DNA of 64,000 nt from Polyangiaceae bacterium (lineage in GTDB: Bacteria > Myxococcota_A > Polyangia > Polyangiales > Polyangiaceae), in contig JBILLK010000005.1 of NCBI GenBank assembly GCA_044376115.1, forward strand, positions 224,001 to 288,000, written 5' to 3'. The notes under the pieces were generated by a model. The model was not told the origin of the DNA. It saw only the letters and a program-made list of their open reading frames with translations, and made no database searches. Shown in pieces: positions 1 to 9,538 of the stretch. The translations under genes were made by a program, and so were the position numbers. Within the stretch, counting starts at the first letter, position 1, and each line of letters opens with the position of its first letter.

Positions 1-1607
1 GCCAAAATTAGGCGATGTACGCTCGACCCGACGACATGCGCGGCCTTCGATAGGTCCTTGACCTGGATCTCCGCTTCGCCGCGGTTCGCTCGCAGAAGGT
101 ACTTGCGGAGATCCTCAGGTATCGTGATTGCCTTGAGGGCCATGTCCTTGGCAGCCTCCAAAGCAATTTGAGCCCAGTCTCTATTGCCGAGGACGAAGTT
201 CTCGACGTAAGGGCGAATAATCCCGACAGGATTCATCTCGGGATCGAGCTCGGTGCAGACGCCGGTCAGCAACAGCAGTGTGCGCTCCAGATAGACCCAA
301 TCGCGCGGCACGTGGAACGCTTGGCTGAGCTCGCGAAGGCCAATGTTCATGCGCCGTAAGCTCAGCAGGTTTTCTAGCCCCCGCTGTGGGTCGAGCTTGA
401 TGTCTTTTAGGTTGAAGCTCTCCAGTTTTACGTCTTCCTGAAAGCGTTCGTGGAAGAACTCAACGACTCTCTCGCTTACGTCTTGTGACTCTCCACGAGC
501 GATGAACCCCATTTTCTTGAGGCTCTTGATCAGGCGGTCGGTGTCCCTCCGAATGACGCCTTCGACGAACTCGGGAATGCCTTCGCGCATCTCGTTTGAG
601 AGCTCTGCGACCGCACCGAAGTCGAGCAGGATCAGCTCCCCGCGTTTGCCGACCAGGACGTTCCCAGGGTGCGGGTCAGCGTGATAAACGCCGTCGACGA
701 ACACCATCTGACAGAAGGCCTCAACGATCTTTTGCGCCAGCGCTTTGCGGTCGATGCCCTCGTCGTCCAAGCGCCTCGTATCTCCAACGCGGAAGCCGTG
801 AACGAAGCTGGTCGTCATCACCGTCCGCGTCGACAGGTCTTTGAACGGCTTGGGGAAGAGCACCGTCGGGTCTTCGCGGAAGTTGTGGGAGATTCGTTCG
901 ATGTTGGCCGCCTCGCGCTCAAAGTCGAGTTCCTCCTCGATCATCGCTTTGATCTGGCGGTAGTAGACATCCAAGTTCTTCGCCGGGACGAAGTACGACA
1001 CCAACCACATGATCCGCTTGATGGTCACGAGGTCCAGCTTGACGATCTCGTCGATGTCAGCGTGTTGCACCTTTACCGCCACTCGCTGACCGTCAAACAA
1101 GGTTGCCGAGTGCACCTGACCGAGTGAGGCGCTCGCTAAGGGCTCGTCGTCGAAGGTGGCGAACAGGCTGCTGATTGGGCGCTTAAGGTCGCGTTCAATT
1201 CGCTCCCGAATCTCCGCGGTTGGCCTTGGCGGAACCCGGTCTTGGAGGGCCGAAAGCCCATCCCGAAAAGGGCCTGGGAGAAAGTTGGCCAGCACGCTCA
1301 ACAGCTGGCCAACCTTAATGAAGAGCCCCTGCAGTTCTACGATCGTGTGCATCACACGACCCGCGTTGCGTGCGTGAATCGTCTCGAGTCGGACGCTCAG
1401 CCACTGGCCGCCAAACATTCGACCTAGAAAGAACGTCGAGAGGTAGCTCACCAGCACTGTGAAAGTGGTGCGGTAAGCGCGTAAGAATCGGTAGTTGTTG
1501 CGAGCTCGACGACGCGGGGCTTGTGGTGGCAACGAGGCCAGGGCCAACGGCGATACGACGGGTCGGTTTTCCGGCTCAGTCGAAAGCGCAGCCTCGCGTG
1601 CAGTCAC
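1..1607 (-). CDS. ABC1/AarF/UbiB-family atypical protein kinase (3' end truncated by window edge)
   Basis: Absent from the ORF track because it runs off the left edge. Manual minus-strand translation from GTG at 1607 gives ...RNNYRFLRAYRTTFTVLVSYL... and AFCQMVFVDGVYHADPHPGNVLVGKRGELILLDFGAV (HADPHPGN/DFG motifs). The same frame is open at position 3. Confidence 0.9.
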   Translation of the reverse strand, partial: MTAREAALSTEPENRPVVSPLALASLPPQAPRRRARNNYRFLRAYRTTFTVLVSYLSTFFLGRMFGGQWLSVRLETIHARNAGRVMHTIVELQGLFIKVGQLLSVLANFLPGPFRDGLSALQDRVPPRPTAEIRERIERDLKRPISSLFATFDDEPLASASLGQVHSATLFDGQRVAVKVQHADIDEIVKLDLVTIKRIMWLVSYFVPAKNLDVYYRQIKAMIEEELDFEREAANIERISHNFREDPTVLFPKPFKDLSTRTVMTTSFVHGFRVGDTRRLDDEGIDRKALAQKIVEAFCQMVFVDGVYHADPHPGNVLVGKRGELILLDFGAVAELSNEMREGIPEFVEGVIRRDTDRLIKSLKKMGFIARGESQDVSERVVEFFHERFQEDVKLESFNLKDIKLDPQRGLENLLSLRRMNIGLRELSQAFHVPRDWVYLERTLLLLTGVCTELDPEMNPVGIIRPYVENFVLGNRDWAQIALEAAKDMALKAITIPEDLRKYLLRANRGEAEIQVKDLSKAAHVVGSSVHRLIL

Positions 1608-1616
1608 TTCGCGACT

Positions 1617-2726
1617 CTAGCTGGTCGGCGCAAGCGCGTCGAACATCGCATCGTAAGCAGCTGGCCTCGCTTCGCGGATAGCAACGTGTTCACGCGTTGG
1701 ATGAACGCGGTTGGTCAACAGAACACCGACGAAAGCTTGCTTAGGGTCTATCCAGAGGCTTGTGCCAGTGAAGCCAAGATGGCCAAACGTCGCACGGCTC
1801 ACACGCGAGCCGCTGCTTGGCTTCTCTTCGCTCCGGCTGTCGAAGCCTGCCAACAAGGACCCGCCCGGTCTCGGGCGCAAGAGTGGCTTAAGGTCGTTGG
1901 GACCGAGCCATCCGTCGTCCGCGCTGATGGCATTGAGGAGAGCCTCGCCGAAACGCATGACCGATAGCGCGTCCCCGAAAAGGCCAGCATGACCGGAAAG
2001 TCCCAGCCCGGAGAGCACCATCGCATTTTCGTCATGCACGATGCCGCGAACGACCCCGCCTCGCCAGGGCACAACCTCTGTCGGTGCCACAACGTCTGCA
2101 AAGTGAGGCATACGCGACGAAAGCTCTGCTGCGGAGCCAACCGTATCTTCGATGCCGAGCGGAGTGAGGACCTCTCGGCGAACTAGAGTCGCCAGTTCTA
2201 TGCCCGCGCGGCGCGCGAGCGCTTGCCCAACCAGCAGGAAGCCCATGTCGCTGTAGACCGGCGGGAAACCATCCGGTGGGCAGGTTGAATCGAGGCACTC
2301 CTTGCGCCTTCCTTCTGCTGCTTGCACCAGGCCCTGAGCGAGTGAAATCGGGCGACCTTCAACGGCCGATTCGAACAACCGCTGGTGCGCCTCAAGCCCG
2401 GCTCGATGTGCAAGAAACAGGTCCAGCGGGACGCGAGCCGACGGCGTATGGGCGAGCTCCGGAAGAAACTCAACCAATGGTTCAGCCAGCGTCAGCGCCT
2501 TCTGTCTCGCCAACCGCGCTGCCGTAACTGCAACGAACGACTTGGTGATGCTTGCGAGGTCGAACGGGGTCTCTGCCATCGCGGGATGTTGCCCAACGGT
2601 CCCACTCACCCCAACTCCCCAGCGCTCGCCGCGCACTGCAGCGCACACGGCGGCTGGTGCAGCTCCGAGCTTACGGACTACCAATTCTGCAACGCTGTCC
2701 AACTCGAACGACCTTGTAGCAGTCAT
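1617..2726 (-). CDS. Serine hydrolase, beta-lactamase/class C-like family
   Basis: FDLASITK (SxxK), YSDMGF (YxN-like), VHDENA, GHAGLF, GHLGFTGTSLWIDP, LLTNRVHP. Confidence 0.9.
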   Translation of the reverse strand: MTATRSFELDSVAELVVRKLGAAPAAVCAAVRGERWGVGVSGTVGQHPAMAETPFDLASITKSFVAVTAARLARQKALTLAEPLVEFLPELAHTPSARVPLDLFLAHRAGLEAHQRLFESAVEGRPISLAQGLVQAAEGRRKECLDSTCPPDGFPPVYSDMGFLLVGQALARRAGIELATLVRREVLTPLGIEDTVGSAAELSSRMPHFADVVAPTEVVPWRGGVVRGIVHDENAMVLSGLGLSGHAGLFGDALSVMRFGEALLNAISADDGWLGPNDLKPLLRPRPGGSLLAGFDSRSEEKPSSGSRVSRATFGHLGFTGTSLWIDPKQAFVGVLLTNRVHPTREHVAIREARPAAYDAMFDALAPTS

Positions 2727-2820
2727 TTTTGACCGGTGCCGAAAACCCCGCGTATGCTTACTCTAGTTGTCCCGATCCTCGGGTCGGCTGAGCTTTGGCA
2801 GCGGAGACTGGACCAGAAAA

Positions 2821-4023
2821 ATGGCTGAGTTCGTCTGGGAAGCGCGCGGTCGCATGGGCGAAACGCGCAAGGGTACGATGGAGGCCGAAAATGAGGCCGC
2901 CGTCCTCTCGAAGTTGCGAGCGCAGCAGCTCAATCCCACCAAAGTCTCCAAGAAGTTCAGCTTCAAGATTGGTACCGGCGTTACTTCCCAGGATTTGGTG
3001 AAGTTCATACGCCAGTTCGCCACGATGATCGACGCGGGATTACCGCTCGTTCAGTGCCTCGAGATTTTGGGCAACCAAGAGTCGAACAAGTCGTTCCAGC
3101 AGGTCATCCGCGAGATCAAAGCAACGGTGGAGCAAGGTGCCACCTTCAGTGATGCGCTAAAGCGGCATCCCAAGATCTTCAACGACCTGTTTGTGAACTT
3201 GGTGCACGCCGGTGAACTGGGCGGCATCCTGGATACGATCCTCAATCGTTTGGCGGTCTACATCGAGAAGAACGTCAAGCTTGCTCGTCAGGTTCGAGGT
3301 GCGCTCACCTACCCCACCGCGGTTATGATCATCATGGCGGTTGTCATGGTGGTGCTCTTGGGCTGGGTAATTCCTGCCTTCGAGAATATGTTCAAGGAGT
3401 TCGGCGCGGCAGATGGCCTGCCTTGGCTCACCAAAACGGTCATCTCCGTTTCCCGAGGTTTCTTTAACTACCTCTGGTTGATCATTTTGGTGGGGATCGC
3501 GTTGGTGGTCGGGGTTATCTCTGTAGTCCGAACCCGCGCTGGAAAACGTTTTCTTCATCGCATGATCCTTTGGCTCCCGATCATGGGCCCTGTCATGCAA
3601 AAGATCGCTGTTGCTCGCTTTACGCGGACGCTAGGCACCCTGCTTTCTTCTGGCGTACCCATCCTCGATGCCCTGGATATCGTGGCTAAGACAGCCGGAA
3701 ACATCGTGATTGAGGAATCGCTCATCTACTGCCGGAGCAAAATCTCAGAGGGAAAAAACCTTGCTGACCCGCTGCGGGAGGCGAACGTCTTTCCGGGCAT
3801 GGTTGTGCAGATGGTCGCAGTCGGTGAGCAGACAGGTGCTCTGGACACGATGCTCAACAAGGTTGCCGACTTCTACGAGGACGAAGTGGACGTCGCTGTG
3901 GCGGCGCTAACCTCCCTTCTGGAGCCGATTCTCATGGTCATCGTGGGCGGCATGGTTGGAACGGTTCTCATCGCCATGTACCTGCCCATTTTCGATCTTG
4001 CCGGCAAGATCAAGACGGAGTGA
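2821..4023 (+). CDS. pilC: Type IV pilus inner-membrane platform protein PilC (T2SS F family)
   Basis: ATG at 2821 (MAEFVWEAR); RQFATMIDAGLPLVQCL, GELGGILDTIL, RFTRTLGTLLSSGVPI, VGEQTGALD, AMYLPIF. Confidence 0.93.
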   Translation: MAEFVWEARGRMGETRKGTMEAENEAAVLSKLRAQQLNPTKVSKKFSFKIGTGVTSQDLVKFIRQFATMIDAGLPLVQCLEILGNQESNKSFQQVIREIKATVEQGATFSDALKRHPKIFNDLFVNLVHAGELGGILDTILNRLAVYIEKNVKLARQVRGALTYPTAVMIIMAVVMVVLLGWVIPAFENMFKEFGAADGLPWLTKTVISVSRGFFNYLWLIILVGIALVVGVISVVRTRAGKRFLHRMILWLPIMGPVMQKIAVARFTRTLGTLLSSGVPILDALDIVAKTAGNIVIEESLIYCRSKISEGKNLADPLREANVFPGMVVQMVAVGEQTGALDTMLNKVADFYEDEVDVAVAALTSLLEPILMVIVGGMVGTVLIAMYLPIFDLAGKIKTE

Positions 4024-5390
4024 GCCTGGACCAATCGCGACCTTTGTCGCCGGCCTCGGTGCGGCGGGATGCGTCGGTGACCCTTGAACGCCGGCTTATT
4101 GGACTCTCGGCAGTTCGGCTTTCTGTTCTCACGTTGTTCTTGGCCCTGATTGCGCTGGTTTATCTTCGCGGAGTCACAGGCGGCGTTTCCTCCACCGTTG
4201 CGTTCAGCACCGTCGTAGCGGGCTACGCCTTTGCGGCGGTCTACGCCGCTCTGTTGCGACGTCCCCGCCTGCACACGGCGATTGCCTTCACGCAGGTCGT
4301 CACGGACCAGCTGCTGTGGAGTTCGATTGTCTATCTGACCGGCGGCGCCGCGAGCGGCGCCGTCTCGCTTTATGGCTTGACGAGCGTAGCCGCAGCGATC
4401 GCGCTCGGTGCCCGCGGAGCCGTGGTTGGGTTCTGTTCCGGGGCGGCAACCTACGTCGCAGTTACGGCACTGCTCGTAAGCGGTCTCCTTCCGCCTCCAC
4501 CGGACCAAGACGTAGGTGCATTTTCGCTAACCTGGGCAACCGCAGCCTATCCGCTGGTGGCGAATCTATCGGCGCTTCTGGTGGTGGCTGCAATGTGCGG
4601 CTACCTCGCGGAGCGGCTCTCCACCGCAGGTGGCGATCTTGCGCGGGCCGAAGAGCGAGCTGTCAACGCCGAGCGCCTTGCTGGACTTGGTCGCTTGGCA
4701 GCCGGGTTGGCGCATGAGATCCGCAATCCGCTAGGAGGGATCTCAGGCTCGATCGAGTTGTTGCGGTCGAGCCCGCAGCTTACCGAAGAGGATCGCGCGC
4801 TTTGCGACATCGTCTTCCGCGAAGCGAGCCGTCTCAACGATCTGGTAGAAGACATGTTGGACCTGGCGCGCCCGCAACCGCCTAACTTGGCGTGGGTCGA
4901 CTTGGCAGAGACGTCGAAGGACGTTGTCGCTCTTGCGGCCAAGTCGGGACGTGGGGAGGACGTCAAGGTTGAGTTCCGAGGTCCTTCATCGCTTCGCGTG
5001 CAAGCAGACGCAGCCAAGCTACGTCAGCTGCTCTGGAACCTGATCCGAAATGCTGTGCAAGCAAGCGGTGCTGGCACTCTGGTTCTGGTTGAAATCGAAC
5101 GGGCCAAGAGCCAGGACGCCATCATCCGCGTGATCGACCAAGGGCCTGGCATCCCTCCGGAGGCCGCGGACAAGATATTTGATGCCTTCTACACGACTCG
5201 CTCACACGGCACGGGTGTCGGTTTGGCCGTCGTCAAAGGAATCGTCGACGCTCATGGCTGGCGGGTTTCCGTTGAAAGCGGGGCTCTTGGTGGCACGGTT
5301 TTCTCCGTTTGTCTTCCGCCCGGCACCGAGCATGAAGTGGCAGCCCCTGGTGAAGAGGAGGGACCCATCGCGGTGAGCGAACACGTCTGA
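4020..5390 (+). CDS. Membrane sensor histidine kinase, PilS-like
   Basis: About 6 N-terminal TM segments; H-box LAHEIRNPL, N-box NLIRNAVQA, G1 DQGPGI, F-box IFDAFYTT, G2 GTGVGL; GTGA overlap with pilC stop. Confidence 0.88.
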   Translation: MSLDQSRPLSPASVRRDASVTLERRLIGLSAVRLSVLTLFLALIALVYLRGVTGGVSSTVAFSTVVAGYAFAAVYAALLRRPRLHTAIAFTQVVTDQLLWSSIVYLTGGAASGAVSLYGLTSVAAAIALGARGAVVGFCSGAATYVAVTALLVSGLLPPPPDQDVGAFSLTWATAAYPLVANLSALLVVAAMCGYLAERLSTAGGDLARAEERAVNAERLAGLGRLAAGLAHEIRNPLGGISGSIELLRSSPQLTEEDRALCDIVFREASRLNDLVEDMLDLARPQPPNLAWVDLAETSKDVVALAAKSGRGEDVKVEFRGPSSLRVQADAAKLRQLLWNLIRNAVQASGAGTLVLVEIERAKSQDAIIRVIDQGPGIPPEAADKIFDAFYTTRSHGTGVGLAVVKGIVDAHGWRVSVESGALGGTVFSVCLPPGTEHEVAAPGEEEGPIAVSEHV

Positions 5391-5441
5391 TGAATACATG
5401 CTCGGCGTGCTTCGTCAGTGGGGCAGTCGACAGTTGCTTTT

Positions 5442-5457
5442 GGGCAGCAGTTTTGCG
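5442..5457 (+). promoter_or_regulatory. Possible sigma-54 (-24/-12) promoter upstream of the MlaC-like gene
   Basis: GGGCAGCAGTTTTGCG has exact GG-N10-GC spacing with TTGC at -12; imperfect -24 half. Confidence 0.35.
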
Positions 5458-5526
5458 ACGGGCATAGTTGCAATCGCACGCCGTACGATTCAAGAAACCT
5501 GACGATACTTCTTCGAGGAGCCACGA

Positions 5527-6132
5527 GTGAAACTCAAGCCTTTGTTCTCCCTAGCCCTTGCTGTCCTACTTTCGGCTGCTGCTGTGCCTGGAGAGGCTTG
5601 GGCAGGACCGCCAACGGACATCGTGAAGAGCAAACAGACTGAGCTCTTCCGCCTGATTGAGGCGAACAAGGACGGCTCCTCAACCAAGAAGATTGCCGCC
5701 GTTTTCGATGAACTCCTCGACTATGACTGGCTTGCCAAGGCTTCGCTCGGGGATGAGTGGCAGAAGCTTGGAGAGAAGGAGCAGAAGGAGTTCTCCGGCC
5801 TTTTGAAGCAGCTGGTGCAAAAGGCCTACGAGCGGAACCTCAAGAAGACGCTGGCCTACGACATTGAATACGTCGCAGAGGAGAAGGTCTCGGACAACGT
5901 CTTCGTGGTCAAAACCAAGGCCAAAAGCAAGACGGACTCACGCGAGGAGCCGATCGAGATCGCTTTCCGCATGGGCAGCAAGGGCGGCGGGAAGTGGCAG
6001 ATCGAGGACATCAACACCGAGGGCGTGAGCCTGGTTGACAGCTACCGGTCCCAGTTTGTCAAGATCCTCAAGAAAGACGGCTACGCCTCCCTTGTAGCAA
6101 AGATGAAGGAGAAGATTGCGAAGGGGGCATGA
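5527..6132 (+). CDS. MlaC/Ttg2D-family periplasmic phospholipid-binding protein
   Basis: Signal peptide (AWA-G); DYDWLAKASLG..W, WQIEDINTEGVSLVDSYRSQF; GAGGAG RBS. Confidence 0.88.
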   Translation: MKLKPLFSLALAVLLSAAAVPGEAWAGPPTDIVKSKQTELFRLIEANKDGSSTKKIAAVFDELLDYDWLAKASLGDEWQKLGEKEQKEFSGLLKQLVQKAYERNLKKTLAYDIEYVAEEKVSDNVFVVKTKAKSKTDSREEPIEIAFRMGSKGGGKWQIEDINTEGVSLVDSYRSQFVKILKKDGYASLVAKMKEKIAKGA

Positions 6133-6372
6133 GCATGGAATGAGGGGCACCCTCTGCGTTGAGCGCACATCAGGCGTTGATCTTCCGGGACATCTCGACA
6201 ACGCCAGACGGGGACAAGCCAAAACTTGGTGATGCTCCGTCACGATTGAAAGTGTTGTGCGAGGAAGAGGACGCAGTGCTGTCTGAGCTCAACCTACTGC
6301 GCCGAGGAGACGCGAGGCTACCGCCCCCGTAATCCGCGTTTCGCGGCGCCGGAGGCGTGTTAAGGCGCGCCG

Positions 6373-7728
6373 ATGAGTCGCATTCATCGCAAGCTCCCGC
6401 CTCCGGGCACCCGAATTGGAATCGCGTTTTCTGGCGGTTTGGATACACGCGCCGCCGTTGCTTGGATGGCCGAGCAAGGGGTGGACGTATTTGCCTATAC
6501 AGCGGATCTCGCCCAGCCCGATGAGGCAACGCCTGCCGACATTCCCCCGATTGCCCTCACTCACGGCGCGAAAAAGGCACGGCTGCTCGATTGTCGTGAA
6601 GCCATGGCGCGGGAGGGCGTCGTTGCGATTCAAACAGGCGCCTTCCATCTGAGCAGTGGTGGCAAGAAGTACTTCAACACGACCCCGCTCGGTCGTGCGG
6701 TCACGGCAACGGCGATCGTTAAGGCGATGAGCGAGGATGGGGTCACCATCTTCGGTGACGGCAGCACGCACAAGGGCAACGATATCCAGCGGTTCTTCCG
6801 CTACGGCATCTTGGTTGAGCCGGAACTACGCATCTACAAGCCCTGGCTTGATGTGAAATTCGTTGAGGCTTTCGGGGGCCGTACCGAGATGAGCGAGTAC
6901 CTCATCAAGCGTGGTCTCCCGTACAAGATGGGCACCGAGAAGGCGTACAGTACCGATGCAAACCTGCTGGGAGCCACGCACGAAGCCAAAGACCTGGAGA
7001 GCCTTGATGCGTCAATGATGATCGTGCAGCCGATCATGGGCGTGGCGCCCTATCGGGCCGATGTTGCCATTCCCAGTGAGCGGGTCACGGTAACATTCGA
7101 GAAGGGCCAGCCTGTCGGGTTGAATGGTCGTTCGCTCGGCTCCGCGCTTGAAGCAATACAGGAGGCCAACGTCATCGGCGGGCGCCACGGGCTCGGCATG
7201 AGCGACCAAATCGAGAACCGGGTGATTGAGGCCAAGAGCCGCGGCATCTACGAAGCGCCGGGAATGGCGCTCTTGCACCTTGCCTACGAGCGACTGCTTT
7301 CGGCCATCTACAACGAAAGCACGCTCGATTTGTACTTCACGCTCGGTCGAAGGCTCGGTCGGCTCTTGTACGAGGGTCGTTGGTACGACCCGGAAAGCTG
7401 GATGCTGAAAGACGCCCTCGTGCGTTGGTTGTGCCCCTCCGTTACGGGGGAAGTGACGCTCGAGCTCCGACGCGGTGACGACTACACGCTGCTTTCCACG
7501 AAGGCTGAACGCATGGCCTACGCACCCCACAAGCTATCCATGGAGCGCGTCGAGGATGCTCCGTTTACTCCGGAAGATCGCATTGGTGCGCTCGAAATGC
7601 AGTCGTTGAGCGTGCTCGACAATCGCGAGCAGCTGCTCGGTCATCTGGCAGCCTCGGCAGCGCTTGGACAGGGAGGCGCCGCGCTTGGGTTGCTCCTCTC
7701 TGGGCCGGGTACCAAGCCTCAATCATGA
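6373..7728 (+). CDS. argG: Argininosuccinate synthase (E. coli-like type 2)
   Basis: [71 protein letters not shown]. Confidence 0.97.
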   Translation: MSRIHRKLPPPGTRIGIAFSGGLDTRAAVAWMAEQGVDVFAYTADLAQPDEATPADIPPIALTHGAKKARLLDCREAMAREGVVAIQTGAFHLSSGGKKYFNTTPLGRAVTATAIVKAMSEDGVTIFGDGSTHKGNDIQRFFRYGILVEPELRIYKPWLDVKFVEAFGGRTEMSEYLIKRGLPYKMGTEKAYSTDANLLGATHEAKDLESLDASMMIVQPIMGVAPYRADVAIPSERVTVTFEKGQPVGLNGRSLGSALEAIQEANVIGGRHGLGMSDQIENRVIEAKSRGIYEAPGMALLHLAYERLLSAIYNESTLDLYFTLGRRLGRLLYEGRWYDPESWMLKDALVRWLCPSVTGEVTLELRRGDDYTLLSTKAERMAYAPHKLSMERVEDAPFTPEDRIGALEMQSLSVLDNREQLLGHLAASAALGQGGAALGLLLSGPGTKPQS

Positions 7729-7795
7729 GGGTTTCTTAGGGCATATCGGCTGTTTGTGAGCTAGCATTGGCCAGCTCTTAGGAGGTCTTTGGTCA

Positions 7796-9538
7796 ATGGG
7801 TCGCCACGGCCGTACGCAGCTGATATTCAGGCAGTTATCCGAGGGCGCGAGCTCATGGAGTTCGCGTCTTGCCGCCTCCCTTCTGCTTCTCACCGCCCAA
7901 GGGTGCGTGGGTGACATTGGAGACGGCGAGCAGACCCGAGCCGTTGTGGAGCCAATCTGCAACGGTCAGGTTTCGCCGGGCAAGTCGCCGATTCGGCGAC
8001 TCACTCGCTACGAATACAACAACACCGTACGCGATTTGCTCGGCGTAGTGGGTGAGCCCGCCAACGAGCTTCCAGCCGAAGAGGAGGCGCTCGGTTTCGC
8101 TAACAATGCGAGTGCGCTCAACGTGTCGCCGCTGCTCGCCGAGAAGTATATGACGCTCGCCGAGTCGGTGAGTCAGCTGGCGAATAGCGACCCAGAAGCG
8201 CTCACAGGATGCTCTATCACTACAACCCCTGATGAGCAGAGCGCTTGCATCCGAACGTTCATCGAGACGTTTGGGAAGAAGGCCTTTCGTCGCCCGCTCA
8301 CAGCCCAAGAGATTTCCAGCTTCGAGCAGGTTTATGGCGCCGCAGCTGAAGTTTACTTTGATGCGGAAGATCTCGAGGAGACGGCGTTCCGTGAGGGCGT
8401 CGGCATGGTGCTCGAAGCCTTCTTGCAGTCCCCTGAGTTCTTGTATCGCGTTGAGCTTGGTGAGGGCGTCACGCCTTTTGCGACGGCTGAAGGCCTCGAG
8501 GTCGTCCCACTAACCTCCTGGGAGATGGCTTCTCGCCTTTCCTTCTTCCTCTGGGGCTCGATGCCAGATGATGAGCTGTTCTCACTCGCGGACGCAGACC
8601 GCCTCACCACCAAGGAGCAAGTTGCGAGTCAGGCGCGGCGCATGCTGGCCGACCCACGTGCGCGGGACGCCGTCGCGACCTTTCATCAACAGTGGCTCGA
8701 TTACGATCGCGTCAACAATGTCACCAAAGACCCAGAGTTGTTTCCAGAGTGGTCCCCCGCGATTGGCGCGTTGATGCGCGAAGAGATGATGACGTTCGTG
8801 GACCACGTCGTTTTTGACGGTCCCGGTGACTTTGGGACCCTGCTTACGGCCAACTATACGTTTGCCAACAGCGAACTCGCTGGCTTGTACGGCGTTACTT
8901 CCTCTGGTGACGGTTTTGAGCGGGTCGACTTCGAAGCTGAGCAACATTCCGGACTTCTCTCGATGGGAGCGATCCTCGCGTACAACGCGCACACGAACCA
9001 AACGTCACCCATTCACCGAGGCAAGCTTGTGCGGGAGGCGTTCCTCTGCGACACCCTTGCGCCACCGCCGCCAGATCTCGTATTCGAGGTACCAGAGCCA
9101 AGCCCAGACGCCACAACGCGCGAGCGCTTCGCCGAACACTCGAGCAACCCAGCCTGCTCCTCGTGTCACCGCCTGATGGACCCGCTCGGTTTTGGCTTCG
9201 AGAACTTTGATTCCCTAGGTCGCTACCGTACTTCTGAGAGCAACGGTCTTCCCATAGACGCATCCGGAGCCATCGTTGACTCCGATATCGACGGGACGTT
9301 CATTGGGTTGCGTGAGCTGAGCGAGCGGCTAGCAACCAGCGATGAAGTGAAAGCCTGCTACGCAACCATGTGGTTCCGCTTCGCCTATGGTCGCGGCGAG
9401 ACCGCAGAGGACGCCTGTTCGCTGTCAAACGTGGAGAGCTCCTTCAGAAGCTCTGGCGGCAACGTGCGTGAACTCCTCGTCGCCCTCACACAATCTGACG
9501 CTTTCCTTTATCGACTTGCAAGTTCGGAGGCCCAATGA
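7796..9538 (+). CDS. DUF1592-type (DUF1587/1595/1592/1588/1585) lipoprotein with CxxCH motif
   Basis: IRRLTRYEYNNTVRDL, AFRRPL, LQSPEFLYRVE, EMASRLSFFLWGSMPD, TSPIHRG, CSSCHRLMDPLGFGFENFD; lipobox-like AQGC; start codon uncertain. Confidence 0.88.
   Translation: MGRHGRTQLIFRQLSEGASSWSSRLAASLLLLTAQGCVGDIGDGEQTRAVVEPICNGQVSPGKSPIRRLTRYEYNNTVRDLLGVVGEPANELPAEEEALGFANNASALNVSPLLAEKYMTLAESVSQLANSDPEALTGCSITTTPDEQSACIRTFIETFGKKAFRRPLTAQEISSFEQVYGAAAEVYFDAEDLEETAFREGVGMVLEAFLQSPEFLYRVELGEGVTPFATAEGLEVVPLTSWEMASRLSFFLWGSMPDDELFSLADADRLTTKEQVASQARRMLADPRARDAVATFHQQWLDYDRVNNVTKDPELFPEWSPAIGALMREEMMTFVDHVVFDGPGDFGTLLTANYTFANSELAGLYGVTSSGDGFERVDFEAEQHSGLLSMGAILAYNAHTNQTSPIHRGKLVREAFLCDTLAPPPPDLVFEVPEPSPDATTRERFAEHSSNPACSSCHRLMDPLGFGFENFDSLGRYRTSESNGLPIDASGAIVDSDIDGTFIGLRELSERLATSDEVKACYATMWFRFAYGRGETAEDACSLSNVESSFRSSGGNVRELLVALTQSDAFLYRLASSEAQ

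Noticed and set aside
168..1967. Several short plus-strand ORFs in the ORF track
   Set aside because: The region is explained by the minus-strand ABC1 kinase (missed by the track) and the serine hydrolase.
6133..6372. 240-bp gap before argG as a possible small ORF, sRNA or riboswitch
   Set aside because: Only short open frames (30-50 codons) without RBS or recognisable motifs, and no convincing structure; cannot be supported without a covariance search.
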